Virus record (IMG/VR): IMGVR_UViG_3300037808_001516
Span: 32,001 to 96,000 of that record
Strand: one strand, 5' to 3'
Length of the DNA: 64,000 nt
From: a virus
Below are positions 1 to 9,748 of this stretch, one piece after another; position 1 is the stretch's first letter, and each line of letters begins with the position of its first letter. The notes under the pieces were generated by a model that was not told the origin of the DNA, did not search any database, and was given only the letters and a program-made list of their open reading frames with translations. Position numbers and translations under genes: made by a program.

Positions 1-144
1 GAGGTGGAGTTTCCAAACGACGTCCAGAAATCAATGTTAACTATGGGATATGGAATTTATAAGAAACAGCTATCTGGCAAGATAGTTTTTGAAAATGAAG
101 ATGCCGGCGCCTTAGATAGATTCGTTGATCGGAGTTTTTCATAA
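1..144 (+). CDS. 3' end of an upstream gene (partial), probably baseplate/tail region
   Basis: Frame 1 is open from base 1 (EVEFPNDVQKSMLTMGYGIYKKQLSGKIVFENEDAGALDRFVDRSFS) to TAA 142-144, which overlaps the next ATG (TAATG coupling). Confidence 0.6.
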   Translation, partial: EVEFPNDVQKSMLTMGYGIYKKQLSGKIVFENEDAGALDRFVDRSFS

Positions 145-1172
145 TGAAAAAGACAGATAAAAAATTTCACATTGAAGACGAGTTCTTTAAATCTGGATAT
201 AACGGACAAGGTCCAAATCCGCTCTATGAACCAGTCCCAAACTTTTCAAGCCGACCCGGCGACGAGATCTTTCAGCCTGCAATAAATAACAACACGATTA
301 TAATCTTAGGTCGCGACCGAGACCCATTCAGGGAAACAAAGGAAGGTGTCAAAGAAAAACACGCGAACAATCCTATCGATATAGAAACAGTGTCGGGATA
401 TTCTGACTTTATGGGCGCAGGTGCCATCGACATGATTGTTGGTAGAGGCGCCCCATATGCCGTTCCAGGTGTTGGTGACTACCCCAATAGCTTGCCGCCC
501 CTCTACCTAACCAAGACGGACAATAATTTAAGATCGGTTAGATTGAGAGACGGAGAGTTCCACCCTGGGTATGTAATGGATGCCGCTCGAATTTACATAA
601 GTCAAATGTGTGATATAGACGAATATTTCGCACTTAAGAACACAGAAGATATAACGGTAGACCAAGGGCCGAGTTCTGCAATAATCCTTAAAGGGGACAG
701 GTTGAGGATGCATTCTCGAAGAGACGTTAAGATAATCGCCGGCGGAGACAAAGACACGCCAACTGACTCAAACGGCTTCTCAATTCGAGAAAGAGGAAAA
801 ATACATCTAATAGCCGGCAACGGAAGGTATGGTAACCAGCAACCTATACCTGTAGGTACGAACCTTGTAGCATGTTTGAATGATATTATAGAAAGTATTC
901 AGTCAATCTCTACAATTTTAGAGAATGTGGTAGTTGCTCAAAAAGAAGTCAATGCTGCACTTAAAGGACACGTTCACGGCACCGGCGCCGGACCCACTAC
1001 ATCACCAGATCCAATTTTGCAAACATATTGTTTGAATGCTGATTTGGGAATGATTAACGACCTTAGACAGTTAATTTCTGAAAAAACAGTAAACACTTTA
1101 GCGATAGTTAATAATTACTTAAGCCCTGCAGGCGCCAAATACGTGAATAGTAGATACAACACTACGACATAG
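144..1172 (+). CDS. Baseplate central spike/hub-like protein
   Basis: 342 aa, beta-rich middle, C-terminal HVH (HxH) motif followed by G-x-G-P-T as in metal-binding tips of gpV/gp5-type spikes; lies upstream of gp25/gp6-like genes. Confidence 0.55.
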   Translation: MKKTDKKFHIEDEFFKSGYNGQGPNPLYEPVPNFSSRPGDEIFQPAINNNTIIILGRDRDPFRETKEGVKEKHANNPIDIETVSGYSDFMGAGAIDMIVGRGAPYAVPGVGDYPNSLPPLYLTKTDNNLRSVRLRDGEFHPGYVMDAARIYISQMCDIDEYFALKNTEDITVDQGPSSAIILKGDRLRMHSRRDVKIIAGGDKDTPTDSNGFSIRERGKIHLIAGNGRYGNQQPIPVGTNLVACLNDIIESIQSISTILENVVVAQKEVNAALKGHVHGTGAGPTTSPDPILQTYCLNADLGMINDLRQLISEKTVNTLAIVNNYLSPAGAKYVNSRYNTTT

Positions 1173-1181
1173 GAACATAAT

Positions 1182-4100
1182 ATGGCTTTTAAGATAGACA
1201 TTGAACATAGAGGCCGGTTTTTAACGTTCGGACCTAGATTTAAAGGCGAGACCGGGAAAGACATTTTCGCCGCCAAGGTGGCATTAGGAATACTCCGGCC
1301 AATTCCAGCCGCGTCTGAAGAAGAAAATAGCATAGAGCTTGGTACTGAGCTGTCTTATGATTCTAATATCCCCTTGGACGAGCAGAAGTGGTTCGATTGC
1401 TCAACTGGTTTGGGCGTTGACTTGGCAAAAGCGACAAAATTCGACACAACCTTGGAAAATGCTTTAATAAAATTTCAGTTAGATAATCAGTTTCTAATAA
1501 CCTCTTATTATTTTGAGAAATTTGGATATTTAAAGTTGCTCAACGCAGCAACAAATGACAAGACTATATTTGAAGCAGAGATAGCATCACAGATCTCAGT
1601 TTCCATGGGGTTATTCGAATCAGAATTGAGGACACTTGGCGAGGCTACTATCGCGATTATGCACGGATGGCTACCTGGAACCCGATTAGCGACAAACACC
1701 TCTTACACGCATGACGACAGGGTCTATTCAAACTCCAATATCTATGACGGTAGACTTCCCACCGTATTCGACTTGGTTCCTATCGGAATATATAACAACT
1801 TACTAGATCCAGAATATTCTCAAAACTTTGCTTCACTGCTCCGATCAGGTCTCGCAATACCCGGGACTTTGGCAAAGTCAGCAATCGCAAACGGCCCCCG
1901 AGATGGCGAGAGTTTTATGGAATGGCTTTCTAGATCAATGGAATCTAACAGGGCATGGGCATCCACACTTGGAGACGAATTCTTAAATTTTGAATATGGG
2001 TCTTTGCAATATTACCCCGTACTCACCGCGAAAAGTTCTTTATACACCGCTGCGAGTCAAGTAGTGGACTACTATTTAGAAAATGATTTATTTTCACAGA
2101 CTCTGTCGCAAGAGGAATTAAACGAACAGGCGAGAAGGGCTATCTATCCAGATCCCTTTTCGAGAGAGGATGTTTTCATAATAGATGGAACAAGGTTGGG
2201 GATATATACCGACACTGAATATTTTCTACGCGCAGAAGGTCCTCTGCCACCAGCATCGCTTCAAGAGGAGACTCAAGAGCAGCTCGAAGAGAGGGCGTTA
2301 AAAACAGCACTAGACAAATCACAGAAACCTGAAATATGGTATTTTCTCAAAGATGACGAAAAGTTTAAACAAACTTACCCTTCTCGCGACCGTTCATCAG
2401 ATGCATCATCTGGCCCGGACCATTCGGGAGATTATCCTTCTAGAATTACATTAAGTATGTCAGCCAGCTTACGAGAAAATTATGGTGACCTGTACTCTCC
2501 ACATGGAGACACTACAGGTTTCAAGAAAGAAAACTATTGGGTCTTGACAGCTGACGAAACAATAATTGAAGCTGGAGACAATCAAAATAAAGCACAGCAT
2601 TGGAGAGTGTTAGAGTCATCAAACGCCTCAAACCCATTGATAAGGTTTAAGGAATTTATCACGCCTTCCCTGAGACCAGGACAGAGCTATAGGGCTTTGT
2701 TTGAAATTAATAGACAAAAGTTTGAATTAATTACAGATGGAGAAGGTTTCGAGCAGCCCCCAGAATCCGCCACTCTAGATGTTGACCCAACATCCGAAAA
2801 TGTTTGTTTAGATCAAAATTCAGAGCAAGCAGAGCGCGCTTACGAAGAGTACCGATCACATGCCATAAAGAGAAGAAGAGAGATGGTTCGAAAAATCAGG
2901 GAGGCTGTGAGAAGTAATGACGGCTCTAGGACAACTGTTAATCTCGGCGTTCTTGGCGACTTGGACCTGGGAGGGTTTAATAATTTAAACATGGACACGC
3001 AAAGCGATTACGAGGTAATGCAAAAGGTGGCTCAAGTTTTACCAGGACAAGAAGCAATCGACTTTATCACTGGCTTTTCCGCAAGTACCAAAGACAGAAA
3101 ACTTAATAACCCTGACAACGACACAAACAACCTATCGATAACAGTGGAAGAGTTGAAGGAGCGCGTCGACAAAGCAGCAGAAGACCTAAGAGAGGCACAA
3201 GACATAATTACAAGAGAAAGAATAAAATTTGAAAAAGGGACAGACTTTAATGGTCAAAACGAAGCTGCACAGCTAAGTGCTTTTTTTACGGACACAATCG
3301 ACCGAGAATTCGGAAAAAAGTACAAAAACTTATCGAAGGAAGAATTGTCAACATCACTAGATTTTAGCTTTAGGGCCACCGGAGTAGGCCTGTTAGGTCA
3401 CCGGTCAGGTAAAGACGTTACAAGCTTCGCCGGCAATAAATCAGCCGGACTGAATGAAGTTGAGTCGAAAAAAATATTCACAAGACCTCGTACAAACAAC
3501 TATCTGTCTTTAATAAAAGATATGACTGCTGCACCAAAATTTTCGGGTTTTTTCGATGATTCTAGAAACTCATGTAAAGACTTAGGCATCAATATTGACA
3601 AAATTACTGCGTATGCTTTTGTTACAAAATATACCTCCGGGCTAAAGGCTGCCGCAAGAAAAGAGGAAGACTTTTCATTTAAGAGTTGGTTCGAAAATAA
3701 TGTCACAGACCCAATAAAGGAGTTCGGCGCCACCTCAGCACAGAATTTTGAAGATTCCTTCGATCCTGACAACTTCCCTGAAGACGCGGCATTAAGAGCC
3801 CTAGGCCAAGAGTGTGATCTAGAAAAGGTATGGTTAGGAGCCCTTGACAAGCTTGATTTAGTATCTCTACTATGTGATTATATCAAGTGTATTAAGCTAC
3901 CTCCTTTTGATTTTAAAGCCCCCGATTTCAGGCTTCCTCCCCTACCTAAGGTTCCTATATTGGGATGGTATGCTGGTTTTTATAAATTTGTAAGGGACAA
4001 TTATGAGCAGATATTAACTAGGCTAGCCTGTACCGCATCCAAGATGATAATAGACAAGCTAGCATTCCCGTTCTGTGAAGAACAGTTGCAAGACTTTATC

Positions 4101-7100
4101 CAAAATGATCTATTGTCGAAAAACCAGTACGCAAAGCAAGCAGTTATTGAATCGCTGACACGAACCGGAGTACCTGATGCAGACAAGGCGAAAGACTTCT
4201 TCGATGCAACATCCAACATCCTGACCGGCAGAGAACTTTGTTATATATTTAAAGGGAACATGCCAGACGATGCAACAATGTCTGCAATAACAAGGATGGC
4301 TGCAGCCACCGGAGTTTCGGAATACCTAGGAACTCCAGAAGACGTTATCAACTTTTTTGGTGTAGTTGGAGTGTATTTGCCTGACGAAATATGTGACCAG
4401 TTGAATAATCAAACTATTGTTAGCCCGACTAACTGTGATGATACAAACGATCTATTAAGAGGTGTAAGAAATAGACTACAAACAGGTGATGCCACTCTTT
4501 CGGATGAAGAGATAAACAGAGTTGTGAATTCTGCGGAACAAAGCAAACAAGAAGAAGCGGACAGGTTAAAGTCTTTTCTCGATAATGGTTTCAGCGGCTT
4601 GGTACCACCGATATTTCAGTATGGAAATGAAAGCGCTCCAATGTCAGACTTTCCAGAACACTTTAAGAAGGAACAAGAGAAGACAGCAGAGTCCATCTTT
4701 TCAGTACCTAAAAAAGCCTACAGCGAGGGGTTGGCTCAATATGTTCCAGCTATGTACGTAGGAAGCCCAGTTGATCTATGGCCATACGATGAAAGGTATG
4801 ACCAGTGGCAAGTATTGAGGCTTGAGTCTGCCCTGGAGCAGTTGAGGGTGTACGCGGAGACGATGGACCCCATCACCGGTTTCAACCCAAGACCAGAGTC
4901 TCAATGGGCTTCTTTGCATACATTATATGAAGTTGAGATTATAAACACTATACCAGGGAATCTAATTTCAGAAGATAAGAAAGCGTCTTTGCAAATTCTA
5001 GAAGGGACAGAGAATTCTAGTAATCCTGATTACATAGTTCCTCATGATACTGAGATTTTTAATCCACAAAGAAATAGCTACACAGGAAAGCTTGATATAC
5101 AAACCAAACGGAATTCAGTGTTGGTCCACAAGAGAAAGATTGCCGGCATGGACACTAAAGAGAATATCGAATTCGCACTCATCGGCTTAGAGGATGTAAT
5201 AGACAGATACGATAAACGAGTCAGACGAACTTCAGACGGAAAACAAGATAGACTCAAACGACAACGAGAGCCTTTTTTGACACAAAGGACAGAGCTGAAA
5301 AACTTGCTTTATCGACTTGAACAAAATCCCGAAACGGACTTGTCTCAAGCCGGAGTGGTATCTTACGAATTTTTTATGGCCTATCAGCAAAATATAAACA
5401 GTGAAGAAATTGAGAATTATACCGATGATTCAGGGAACAGACTTCAATTTGCACTTATACCATGGTTGGTCACAGGCCCAGATGAAACGGGCTCCGAAGA
5501 TTATCGAGTACACTCCATGGACTACGAATACAGTAAATTCTTGCGAGAGTACCTCGAAACAGACGCGAATTTGATTTCGTCAGCGGACTGTGTCGAGCGT
5601 ACAATGTCCATCGAATACAACGCGTACGGCATACCGAGCTTTTCGTACGACTGTGTGGAATACGCCCCAAAACCAAACTACGGAGAACTTAAAGAAAACG
5701 GTAAGAGAATTTTTGATACTCCCACTGCAGCTGCATACTTTAGGCTAAACTTCAGTCGCACTGGAGAAGATGACGCCAATGCAAATATTCAAACGGCTAT
5801 AAATGCTGTGTCGCAAAGAATAAATGATTTGTCATCTAGAATAACGGAAATAATCACCAATAGGCCTCCCATATCCGATGATCTTTTACTTCCAGGCCTT
5901 GAAGAACTCTTAGATCAAAGATCAGAAATAGCTTTAGAATCATCAGACAGCACCGCTGAGACCGTAGCATCCAGCGGTCAGCAATTCTCACTTGAATTTA
6001 GAGCAACTACAGCATACTCTCCGAAGATTACTTTGAGAGAGATGACTGCCGCGGAAGGAAAAGACAGGTACGACATGATAATTGAGGGAGACTTTTTCAT
6101 TGGGCTTGATCTGGAATCAGCCAGTGGACCCGCAGGAAGAGAGGTCTACAGTTATTGCAACCAATTACCAGACGCATATACACACCCAAGACCGCAAATG
6201 CGCACCCAAGAAGATTTCTTTTCGTCAAAAAGACATAGATTTTCAAATATGCTGATTGATAAATTAAAGTCTAATTTTTCATATCAGAGACAGAATACTA
6301 ACAATCAATACTTTGAAACTGAATTCACAAGTGGCGAGTTTTACAAGAGAACGACAGAAGCAATCATAGAGTCTCTTTTAGAAGAGCTATCTGAATCTTA
6401 CTTGTTTGAATCGGAAGAAGTCGAGAGACTAGATAACAGAATAGTTGGAAAAAGACAGAGGAGTACTTGTGTATCAAACCGATTCTCATTCGGTGATGCA
6501 TCAGTGGTTGCTTTCAACAAGGCTATACTTGGAGATGTCTCGACTGAAATAGCAAAAGAAATGGCAAAACCAGAAAATGCACCGGAAAATTATGATTTTG
6601 ATTCCCCATCTGCATTTGACAAGGCGATGCAAAATTTAGCATTCAAAGGCTTTATTAAAACGTGCTTGATGGATATTTTACTGAAAGGTGGATTGGCTTA
6701 TTCTAGGTGGGACGTCGAGCCGATAGTGGAAGAACAGTTTTTTATAGATTATGCGATATCTTATGTTTTTAACGAACTTCAGAGTAGTAGTGAATTGAAA
6801 GATTCTTGGAGGATAAACATTGAAAATGTAACAGGGATATCCAATAGCAAGGTTGCTCTTGATACTTTGGTGAAACAAGAGTTGATAAGATTGCCAAACT
6901 ATTCGAAACAGATCTTCAACCCTGAAAACAATAGTACAAATTTCTATAACTGGTTCCTGGAGGAAAAGACGTCACACTTTCACGTATCTAAGTTCGCGGA
7001 CTCTGAATCTCAACCATATTCGCCCCACATCGCGAAACATATAAATAGAATTTACGATAACCAAAACGAGAAAGTTTTTATACAAAACAAACCTGAATTT

Positions 7101-9161
7101 GTGGTGGAGCATTATATAGAAATCACAGGATCTCAACTTGTAAGTCTGTATTTAGATGTTTCCGGAGCATTTGATCTACCCCTTTCATTGGTCGATGACA
7201 TATCTGACACGCTTATTTTGAATGTAATAGATTTTGCTATTGCAACTCAACTAATTGATCCAGATGCCCTGATGAACGCCATTGAGCAGAACTTCGGAAA
7301 GATAAGTCAAGGATCTAGGATTGTCCTTGTAGAACCGGTGAATGATTCCGCTGACGACGTCCGTTTCATCGGCTTTGATCCAAACGCCGATCCTGGAGAA
7401 CAACAGCAGGAGGTAGATGATGAATATAACCAATTCAGCAAAGCCTTGAGGAATATTCCAGGCATATCTGAAGATGAAATCGCAAGCAGATCTGCAATCA
7501 TGAGGTCGTTTCAAGTCACAGCCAAAACTACTGATCGGGGTGAAGGTGATAATCCTGTAGTTTTTGCGATACCATTAGTGGAGTATAAGAGAGAGCTAGA
7601 CTTTGAGGATTGCTATTCAATTAGAAACTATAGTCTAGACAGTTTCACCGAAGCAATACCGTTTATGATCCAAGAGATGACGAAAAGCGAAGACTATGTT
7701 CTGCTGCTAGACAATATCTTTCCAACAAGGAGACTGATGTCTATGGCCTCTGTGTTTTCTACAAGTGTAGTATCGGGGTATAATAACATGCCAACGATCC
7801 TTACTCCAACAAAATCTTCTCTTGCATCATTGGTGAACACACTGGGATTAGGCAGGAGACAGAGAGCAGAACTTCAGACTCTTTCTCAAGAAGAATTTGT
7901 AAAACAGTTCACAGAAAACTTCCCAACAGACGAGTCAAATTGTATTGATTTTCCCTCTGGACTTGAGGATATGTTTAAAAAGTTCTTTGAAGAGTTGTTT
8001 AAGTTGATCCGCCAAATGCCATCTATAATCTTTAGAGGAGTAGCAAACCAGTTGGACCCTGCTTATAAGGAGATGAGGCAGCATTACATAAATTGCGATA
8101 TAAATCACCTGACCTATAGAGGTTTAAGACCAGCCGGCACAGGAGATTATAAGATAACAAATGGTTTATACTTGAAGGGCACACCGAGATTAAAACCTAA
8201 CCCGGAACTTCAAGAGTATGAGGGTAAAAATAAAGGAAAGTACGTTCCGCTTACTCTGGGGTTTGCGTCTGACTTAACGTATGCACTCGGCGCCATACCG
8301 AATTTTTCCATCTTTGGCGCAAGATTAGGCATATCTATAGCGAAGCTGGTGACTTATATCTATGCTGGAAATCGACCATTCTTAGATCCTTCTTCCTATT
8401 TTAAAATCCCCTGTGCAGACATAGATGTGGGAGCGTGGAGAAATAAAGGCAAATACGATGCAGGTATCTACGGCCGTTATGGGCACCCTCTTTCTCCTTT
8501 TACACTATTGGCGCTGGCAACGCCTCAACTTGAGGGGGACAAGAGAGCGAAAGAAGCAAACTGTCAAGTACCACTTCCAGAGTGTGTGGAGTTGAACACG
8601 GGCAATGCGCCACCACCAGAGATCCCAAGGGAAGACCGGGATTATCATCGACCTCCTGGGTCAAGCATCGGATCCGGCGACGGAGACGGTCTTCTGGACG
8701 AGGATATACAAAACCCTGACATCATGGGAGGACCCGAGTCAGATGATACACGTACGTTAGACTTTGAAGACTGTCGCGAGTCGTGGGAAGCCCGAGTAGA
8801 AACTGGAAACCAGGATAGGTTAGTAGAGTTGTTGGACGATACCGCGCGGATCGAAATCATGCTTTTAGGTCTCAGAGAGAATGGATATGACTCCACCGAC
8901 CCAGCAAGGCCTGTTGATCTTGAAGGTCCATTCGCTGATTATAACTCAATGACGATTCAACAACTTCTAGAAGCAAGGGACTGGTATTTTGATACGATCA
9001 ACGAGATAAAATCGTCTTACAGTGAATTAGAGCTGCAGTGTGCATCCGCTGATGAGTACATTGAGTACACCGGCGCCCAAAGCTTAATTGTTATGTCACT
9101 TTTATCAAAAGTGGAGCGAAACCGCGAGGAACAAGCCAGAAGCAATGACCGCAGAAGGTGA
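1182..9161 (+). CDS. Giant (2659 aa) virion-associated protein, possible degenerate N-terminal peptidoglycan-binding domain
   Basis: Uninterrupted ORF between spike and gp25-like genes; N-terminus FKGETGKDIFAAKVALG...FDTTLENALIKFQ...LGEAT resembles the three-helix PG-binding pattern with insertions. Confidence 0.5.
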   Translation: MAFKIDIEHRGRFLTFGPRFKGETGKDIFAAKVALGILRPIPAASEEENSIELGTELSYDSNIPLDEQKWFDCSTGLGVDLAKATKFDTTLENALIKFQLDNQFLITSYYFEKFGYLKLLNAATNDKTIFEAEIASQISVSMGLFESELRTLGEATIAIMHGWLPGTRLATNTSYTHDDRVYSNSNIYDGRLPTVFDLVPIGIYNNLLDPEYSQNFASLLRSGLAIPGTLAKSAIANGPRDGESFMEWLSRSMESNRAWASTLGDEFLNFEYGSLQYYPVLTAKSSLYTAASQVVDYYLENDLFSQTLSQEELNEQARRAIYPDPFSREDVFIIDGTRLGIYTDTEYFLRAEGPLPPASLQEETQEQLEERALKTALDKSQKPEIWYFLKDDEKFKQTYPSRDRSSDASSGPDHSGDYPSRITLSMSASLRENYGDLYSPHGDTTGFKKENYWVLTADETIIEAGDNQNKAQHWRVLESSNASNPLIRFKEFITPSLRPGQSYRALFEINRQKFELITDGEGFEQPPESATLDVDPTSENVCLDQNSEQAERAYEEYRSHAIKRRREMVRKIREAVRSNDGSRTTVNLGVLGDLDLGGFNNLNMDTQSDYEVMQKVAQVLPGQEAIDFITGFSASTKDRKLNNPDNDTNNLSITVEELKERVDKAAEDLREAQDIITRERIKFEKGTDFNGQNEAAQLSAFFTDTIDREFGKKYKNLSKEELSTSLDFSFRATGVGLLGHRSGKDVTSFAGNKSAGLNEVESKKIFTRPRTNNYLSLIKDMTAAPKFSGFFDDSRNSCKDLGINIDKITAYAFVTKYTSGLKAAARKEEDFSFKSWFENNVTDPIKEFGATSAQNFEDSFDPDNFPEDAALRALGQECDLEKVWLGALDKLDLVSLLCDYIKCIKLPPFDFKAPDFRLPPLPKVPILGWYAGFYKFVRDNYEQILTRLACTASKMIIDKLAFPFCEEQLQDFIQNDLLSKNQYAKQAVIESLTRTGVPDADKAKDFFDATSNILTGRELCYIFKGNMPDDATMSAITRMAAATGVSEYLGTPEDVINFFGVVGVYLPDEICDQLNNQTIVSPTNCDDTNDLLRGVRNRLQTGDATLSDEEINRVVNSAEQSKQEEADRLKSFLDNGFSGLVPPIFQYGNESAPMSDFPEHFKKEQEKTAESIFSVPKKAYSEGLAQYVPAMYVGSPVDLWPYDERYDQWQVLRLESALEQLRVYAETMDPITGFNPRPESQWASLHTLYEVEIINTIPGNLISEDKKASLQILEGTENSSNPDYIVPHDTEIFNPQRNSYTGKLDIQTKRNSVLVHKRKIAGMDTKENIEFALIGLEDVIDRYDKRVRRTSDGKQDRLKRQREPFLTQRTELKNLLYRLEQNPETDLSQAGVVSYEFFMAYQQNINSEEIENYTDDSGNRLQFALIPWLVTGPDETGSEDYRVHSMDYEYSKFLREYLETDANLISSADCVERTMSIEYNAYGIPSFSYDCVEYAPKPNYGELKENGKRIFDTPTAAAYFRLNFSRTGEDDANANIQTAINAVSQRINDLSSRITEIITNRPPISDDLLLPGLEELLDQRSEIALESSDSTAETVASSGQQFSLEFRATTAYSPKITLREMTAAEGKDRYDMIIEGDFFIGLDLESASGPAGREVYSYCNQLPDAYTHPRPQMRTQEDFFSSKRHRFSNMLIDKLKSNFSYQRQNTNNQYFETEFTSGEFYKRTTEAIIESLLEELSESYLFESEEVERLDNRIVGKRQRSTCVSNRFSFGDASVVAFNKAILGDVSTEIAKEMAKPENAPENYDFDSPSAFDKAMQNLAFKGFIKTCLMDILLKGGLAYSRWDVEPIVEEQFFIDYAISYVFNELQSSSELKDSWRINIENVTGISNSKVALDTLVKQELIRLPNYSKQIFNPENNSTNFYNWFLEEKTSHFHVSKFADSESQPYSPHIAKHINRIYDNQNEKVFIQNKPEFVVEHYIEITGSQLVSLYLDVSGAFDLPLSLVDDISDTLILNVIDFAIATQLIDPDALMNAIEQNFGKISQGSRIVLVEPVNDSADDVRFIGFDPNADPGEQQQEVDDEYNQFSKALRNIPGISEDEIASRSAIMRSFQVTAKTTDRGEGDNPVVFAIPLVEYKRELDFEDCYSIRNYSLDSFTEAIPFMIQEMTKSEDYVLLLDNIFPTRRLMSMASVFSTSVVSGYNNMPTILTPTKSSLASLVNTLGLGRRQRAELQTLSQEEFVKQFTENFPTDESNCIDFPSGLEDMFKKFFEELFKLIRQMPSIIFRGVANQLDPAYKEMRQHYINCDINHLTYRGLRPAGTGDYKITNGLYLKGTPRLKPNPELQEYEGKNKGKYVPLTLGFASDLTYALGAIPNFSIFGARLGISIAKLVTYIYAGNRPFLDPSSYFKIPCADIDVGAWRNKGKYDAGIYGRYGHPLSPFTLLALATPQLEGDKRAKEANCQVPLPECVELNTGNAPPPEIPREDRDYHRPPGSSIGSGDGDGLLDEDIQNPDIMGGPESDDTRTLDFEDCRESWEARVETGNQDRLVELLDDTARIEIMLLGLRENGYDSTDPARPVDLEGPFADYNSMTIQQLLEARDWYFDTINEIKSSYSELELQCASADEYIEYTGAQSLIVMSLLSKVERNREEQARSNDRRR

Positions 9162-9198
9162 TAAGTGCAAAGGTGTTTATCAAAATAAATGAATTATG

Positions 9199-9207
9199 AC
9201 TATTTAT
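9199..9207 (+). promoter_or_regulatory. Putative late promoter ACTATTTAT
   Basis: Intergenic copy of a 9-mer recurring upstream of structural genes; 16 nt before ATG 9224. Confidence 0.6.
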
Positions 9208-9223
9208 TTTTGAGGTTTGAGTA

Positions 9224-9748
9224 ATGCCATTTAATCATTTTATACCACAAAGAAGTGAAGAGATGCTGAAAGTACAATATCAGCCACTTTTCCCTTTGCA
9301 GTACGACGGACTATTTGGTCCATATAAACCAGTATCGTCTTTGAGAGATTCTATACAAAAAGACTTTGAATATTTATTATTAACTAACCCAGGAGAGTGG
9401 CCGATGAACCCCGACCTGGGCATAGGAGTGAAAAGATATCTTTTTGAAACGTTCGGATCTCCAGAGATGAACAAGATTCAAGAAAGGATAAGGGCACAAC
9501 TACAGAGATATTTGCCCTTTCCGTATATACAACTGTTCAGTGCAGCGTTTGAATCAGACCCAGAAGAGCAGGATCAAGGCTATGCAAGTTTGGTTATAAA
9601 GTATGCAATATTGGACGACTTGGTGAGACAAATAATTGTAACCCAAATGGGGGTCAATGTTACAGACATCCAGGTCAACAACAGATTTCCTGCAGGCGCA
9701 CAATCCCGGTACCCGACAATAAGCAGCAATATGAGGACGATTAGATGA
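9224..9748 (+). CDS. Baseplate wedge protein, gp25-like
   Basis: SIQKDFEYLLLTNPGEWPMNPDLGIGVKRYLFE matches the GPW/gp25 signature; directly precedes a gp6-like gene. Confidence 0.85.
   Translation: MPFNHFIPQRSEEMLKVQYQPLFPLQYDGLFGPYKPVSSLRDSIQKDFEYLLLTNPGEWPMNPDLGIGVKRYLFETFGSPEMNKIQERIRAQLQRYLPFPYIQLFSAAFESDPEEQDQGYASLVIKYAILDDLVRQIIVTQMGVNVTDIQVNNRFPAGAQSRYPTISSNMRTIR

Noticed and set aside
2071-2079. ACTATTTAG (and ACTAATTAG at 34549) as late promoters
   Set aside because: Deep inside coding regions with no nearby downstream start; the degenerate motif is expected several times by chance.
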